Below are positions 8,557 to 11,156 of a stretch of 11,156 nt of DNA, piece by piece (position 1 is the first letter of the stretch; each line of letters starts with the position of its first letter). A model generated the notes under the pieces. The model did not search any database. It was not told the DNA's origin and was given only the letters and a program-made list of their open reading frames with translations. Made by a program: the position numbers and the translations under genes. The DNA comes from Octopus sinensis (Eukaryota), in NCBI RefSeq assembly GCF_006345805.1, contig NW_021827087.1, positions 1-11,156 of the forward strand, written 5' to 3'.

Positions 8557-9706
8557 TTGCTGTTGCTGTTGTTGCTACTGTTGTCGCTACAGCTGATATT
8601 GCTTCTGTTGTCACTGCTGCTCTGCCGATGTTCTGGATCATCACCTTTGCATTTCCATGGCCGAAATATTGGAGCATAGATACACGGTTCGGCCTGTTCC
8701 TCACAATTTTTAACTTGCCTCTTCGCTCATTGTTCCATTCCAGCTTTCAGACAGACACACCCGTAAGTATTCAGCAGTGGATAGCAAATACTTCTCCCTA
8801 TGAGTCGGATAAGCCTTCTACCAGCTATTGTTTTTTAAGGTAACTGAAGGCTTTCACCATTTTTCAGTAAACACAAATAAGTGACTATCCTTTTTCACAT
8901 TTCTTGGCAAAGATGCACAGTTTCGTTTCACATTGTTTCGCAAGACTACTTTCTTTTACGCGTGTTGAGTCATGTCCAGGTGTCCTGTTGAGCTAGTAAC
9001 ACTGATAAAAGTACCAATCGCGAAAAAACTTTATTTGCATTTCTGATTAATATGTATATGTCCCAGGATATACACAACGAGCACAAACTGACTCAAACTC
9101 GCTCCTACACATGTCAAAATTAAGCAGAGAATACAACCTGGCAACCACACCAGACTCTGAGGGTGGAGTCTTCGACTTGGCCTGAGCATGGACTCAAACC
9201 CAAATGAAATGAAATGAATGCCGTTGTAATTGTTATTGTTACGACTAGTAGTTTCGCTCCCATTTTGTGTGTCAATATTTTTAATGTCCATCAAATAATT
9301 ATTTTTATTTCCTTTTTTTTTTCTTTCGATTATTGACTTGTGCGTGTTTATGCAATCAATAATATGCATTTTTTTTAAACGTGCTCTATTCATTGGTACT
9401 TTTGGGGACGTTCCCGTTTGTTGCTGCAAAGGTAGACGCCATGTTTTGTTATGCGTTTGAAAGCTAGATATAAAAAAATAAATATCTAAAAAGAAAAAAA
9501 GGCCGACTTTAAAGCCACCCCCACCTCAGTATGGGGAATGTGCCTCTGGGATTTTCAATAAGGTTCTCTTGTGAAATAATCCGGAAAGGAATAATTCACA
9601 TTCATTAACATCGCGATAATAATCCAAAGTCTTCAGAGATGGTAAAAACGCGACTTTCCAAACAACGATGACGACGGCGAAGGAGACAAACAACGTTAAC
9701 GGCGGT

Positions 9707-9724
9707 GATGACGACGACGACGAC

Positions 9725-9774
<50 letters not shown>

Positions 9775-10068
9775 CGACGACGACGATTATGATGACGATG
9801 ATGATGATGAGGAGGAGGAGGATGATGATGATGATGATGAGGATGATGACGATGAGGATGATGATGATGATGATGATGACGACGACGATGATGATGATGA
9901 TGATGATGATGACGATGACGATGATGATGACGATGACGATGATGATGATGATGATGATGACGACACGACGACGACGATGATGATGATGACGATGATGATG
10001 ATGATGATGACGATGATGATGATGATGATGACGACGACGACGACGACGACGACGATGATGATGATGAC

Positions 10069-10098
<30 letters not shown>
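9707..10098 (+). repeat. Long (GAT/GAC)n trinucleotide tract with GAG blocks and one phase shift
   Basis: About 390 bp. (GAG)4 at 9809-9820; register shift at 9965-9966. Confidence 0.97.
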
Positions 10099-10099
<1 letters not shown>

Positions 10100-10238
10100 A
10101 AACACTAAGTTGATTGATAAATTAGATAAATAATATTATGTAAAGTAGTCTCTCGGATAAATGTAGGTTTTTGTCGCCCTAATCAAATATGCGCCGATTG
10201 GAAAGCAGTCTTTTGCCTGTTACAATTTAAGAAAACCT

Positions 10239-10269
10239 ACAACAACAACAACAACAATAACAATAACAA
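10239..10269 (+). repeat. Short (ACA/ATA)n trinucleotide repeat
   Basis: ACAACAACAACAACAACAATAACAATAACAA. Confidence 0.85.
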
Positions 10270-10604
10270 ACGAAAATTGTACGCCTTTCTTACTCTCTCT
10301 TCACAAGCCATTCTCTTACGACGACCACCACTGCTGACAACAGCAACAACAATAACACGATCACCGCCATCGAATCTCAGGTTTATTTCTTGTAGCTAAA
10401 TATTCCATTATCTCTACGTATTCTATATAAAAAAACAAAAAACAGAAACGGAAAGTTTCCAGAGAAGTTGGCAGATAATGAAATAATTATTTAAGAAAAT
10501 CGAAAACTAGACATGCAAACGTACGCAAATCGAAATAGACACACACACACATATGCGTTTTTATGTGTATTTGAGTATATAACACATACATACATATACG
10601 ATAG

Positions 10605-10858
10605 GTGCGTCCGTATATGTATGTGTGTGTATATGTATGTATGTTTGTATGTATGTACGTATGTATGTATGTATGTACGTATGTATGTATCTATGTATGT
10701 ATGTATGTATGTATGTATGTATGTATGCATGTATGTATGTATGTATGTGTGTATGTATGTATGTATGTATGTATGTATGTATGTATGTATGTATCTATGT
10801 ATGTATGTATGTATACATGTATGTATGTATGTATGTATATATATATGTATGTATGTAT
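10605..10858. repeat. (TATG)n tetranucleotide array with variants
   Basis: Long imperfect TATG array with TACG, TATC and TGTG variants. Confidence 0.95.
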
Positions 10859-10882
10859 GGGGGTATATAAGTATATATATAC

Positions 10883-10919
10883 GTGTGTGTGTGTGTGTGT
10901 GTGTGTGTTGTGTGTGTGT

Positions 10920-10963
<44 letters not shown>

Positions 10964-10973
10964 GCGTGTGTGT
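10883..10973. repeat. (GT)n dinucleotide microsatellite
   Basis: About 90 bp of GT with a few interruptions. Confidence 0.96.
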
Positions 10974-11156
10974 ATCAGTCAGATGAATCGAGATGCGATT
11001 TTGTTATTCTCTCGCAATTTGTGAGTAAACTTTGTAATATAAAACTACAAACTCTGCCCTCAAACGCGTTGAGTACTTTTTTCAAATGCTACCACCGTCC
11101 TACCACTTTCACAATAACCATACCTGTGTTGCTATATGTGTGAGCATGTATGTATA

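Noticed and set aside
9605-10105. Poly-His/Arg/Ile (minus) and poly-Met (plus) ORFs
   Set aside because: These are alternative frames of the same trinucleotide repeat.

Overview
AT-rich eukaryotic non-coding DNA, intronic or intergenic. The SINE and microsatellite landscape resembles an octopod/cephalopod genome (my recognition, not verified). No host protein-coding gene is supported, and most ORF-track entries are translations of microsatellites. The window is a mosaic of simple repeats and transposon relics: (i) a 5'-truncated Tx1/L1-clade non-LTR retrotransposon (ORF2 C-terminus with a CCHC zinc knuckle plus 3' UTR) and two more 3'-UTR-only relatives, all on the minus strand and all abutting (GATA)n; (ii) a minimal type I hammerhead-ribozyme motif of the Penelope-associated, dimer-requiring kind at 164-198; (iii) four tRNA-derived SINEs; (iv) an internally deleted mariner with both TIR remnants; (v) an RTE-clade LINE 3' fragment; (vi) long (TA)n, (GATA)n, (GAY)n, (TATG)n and (GT)n tracts. 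The strongest lead is an apparently (GATA)n-specific Tx1-like family: every long GATA array in the window sits at a junction of one of its copies.
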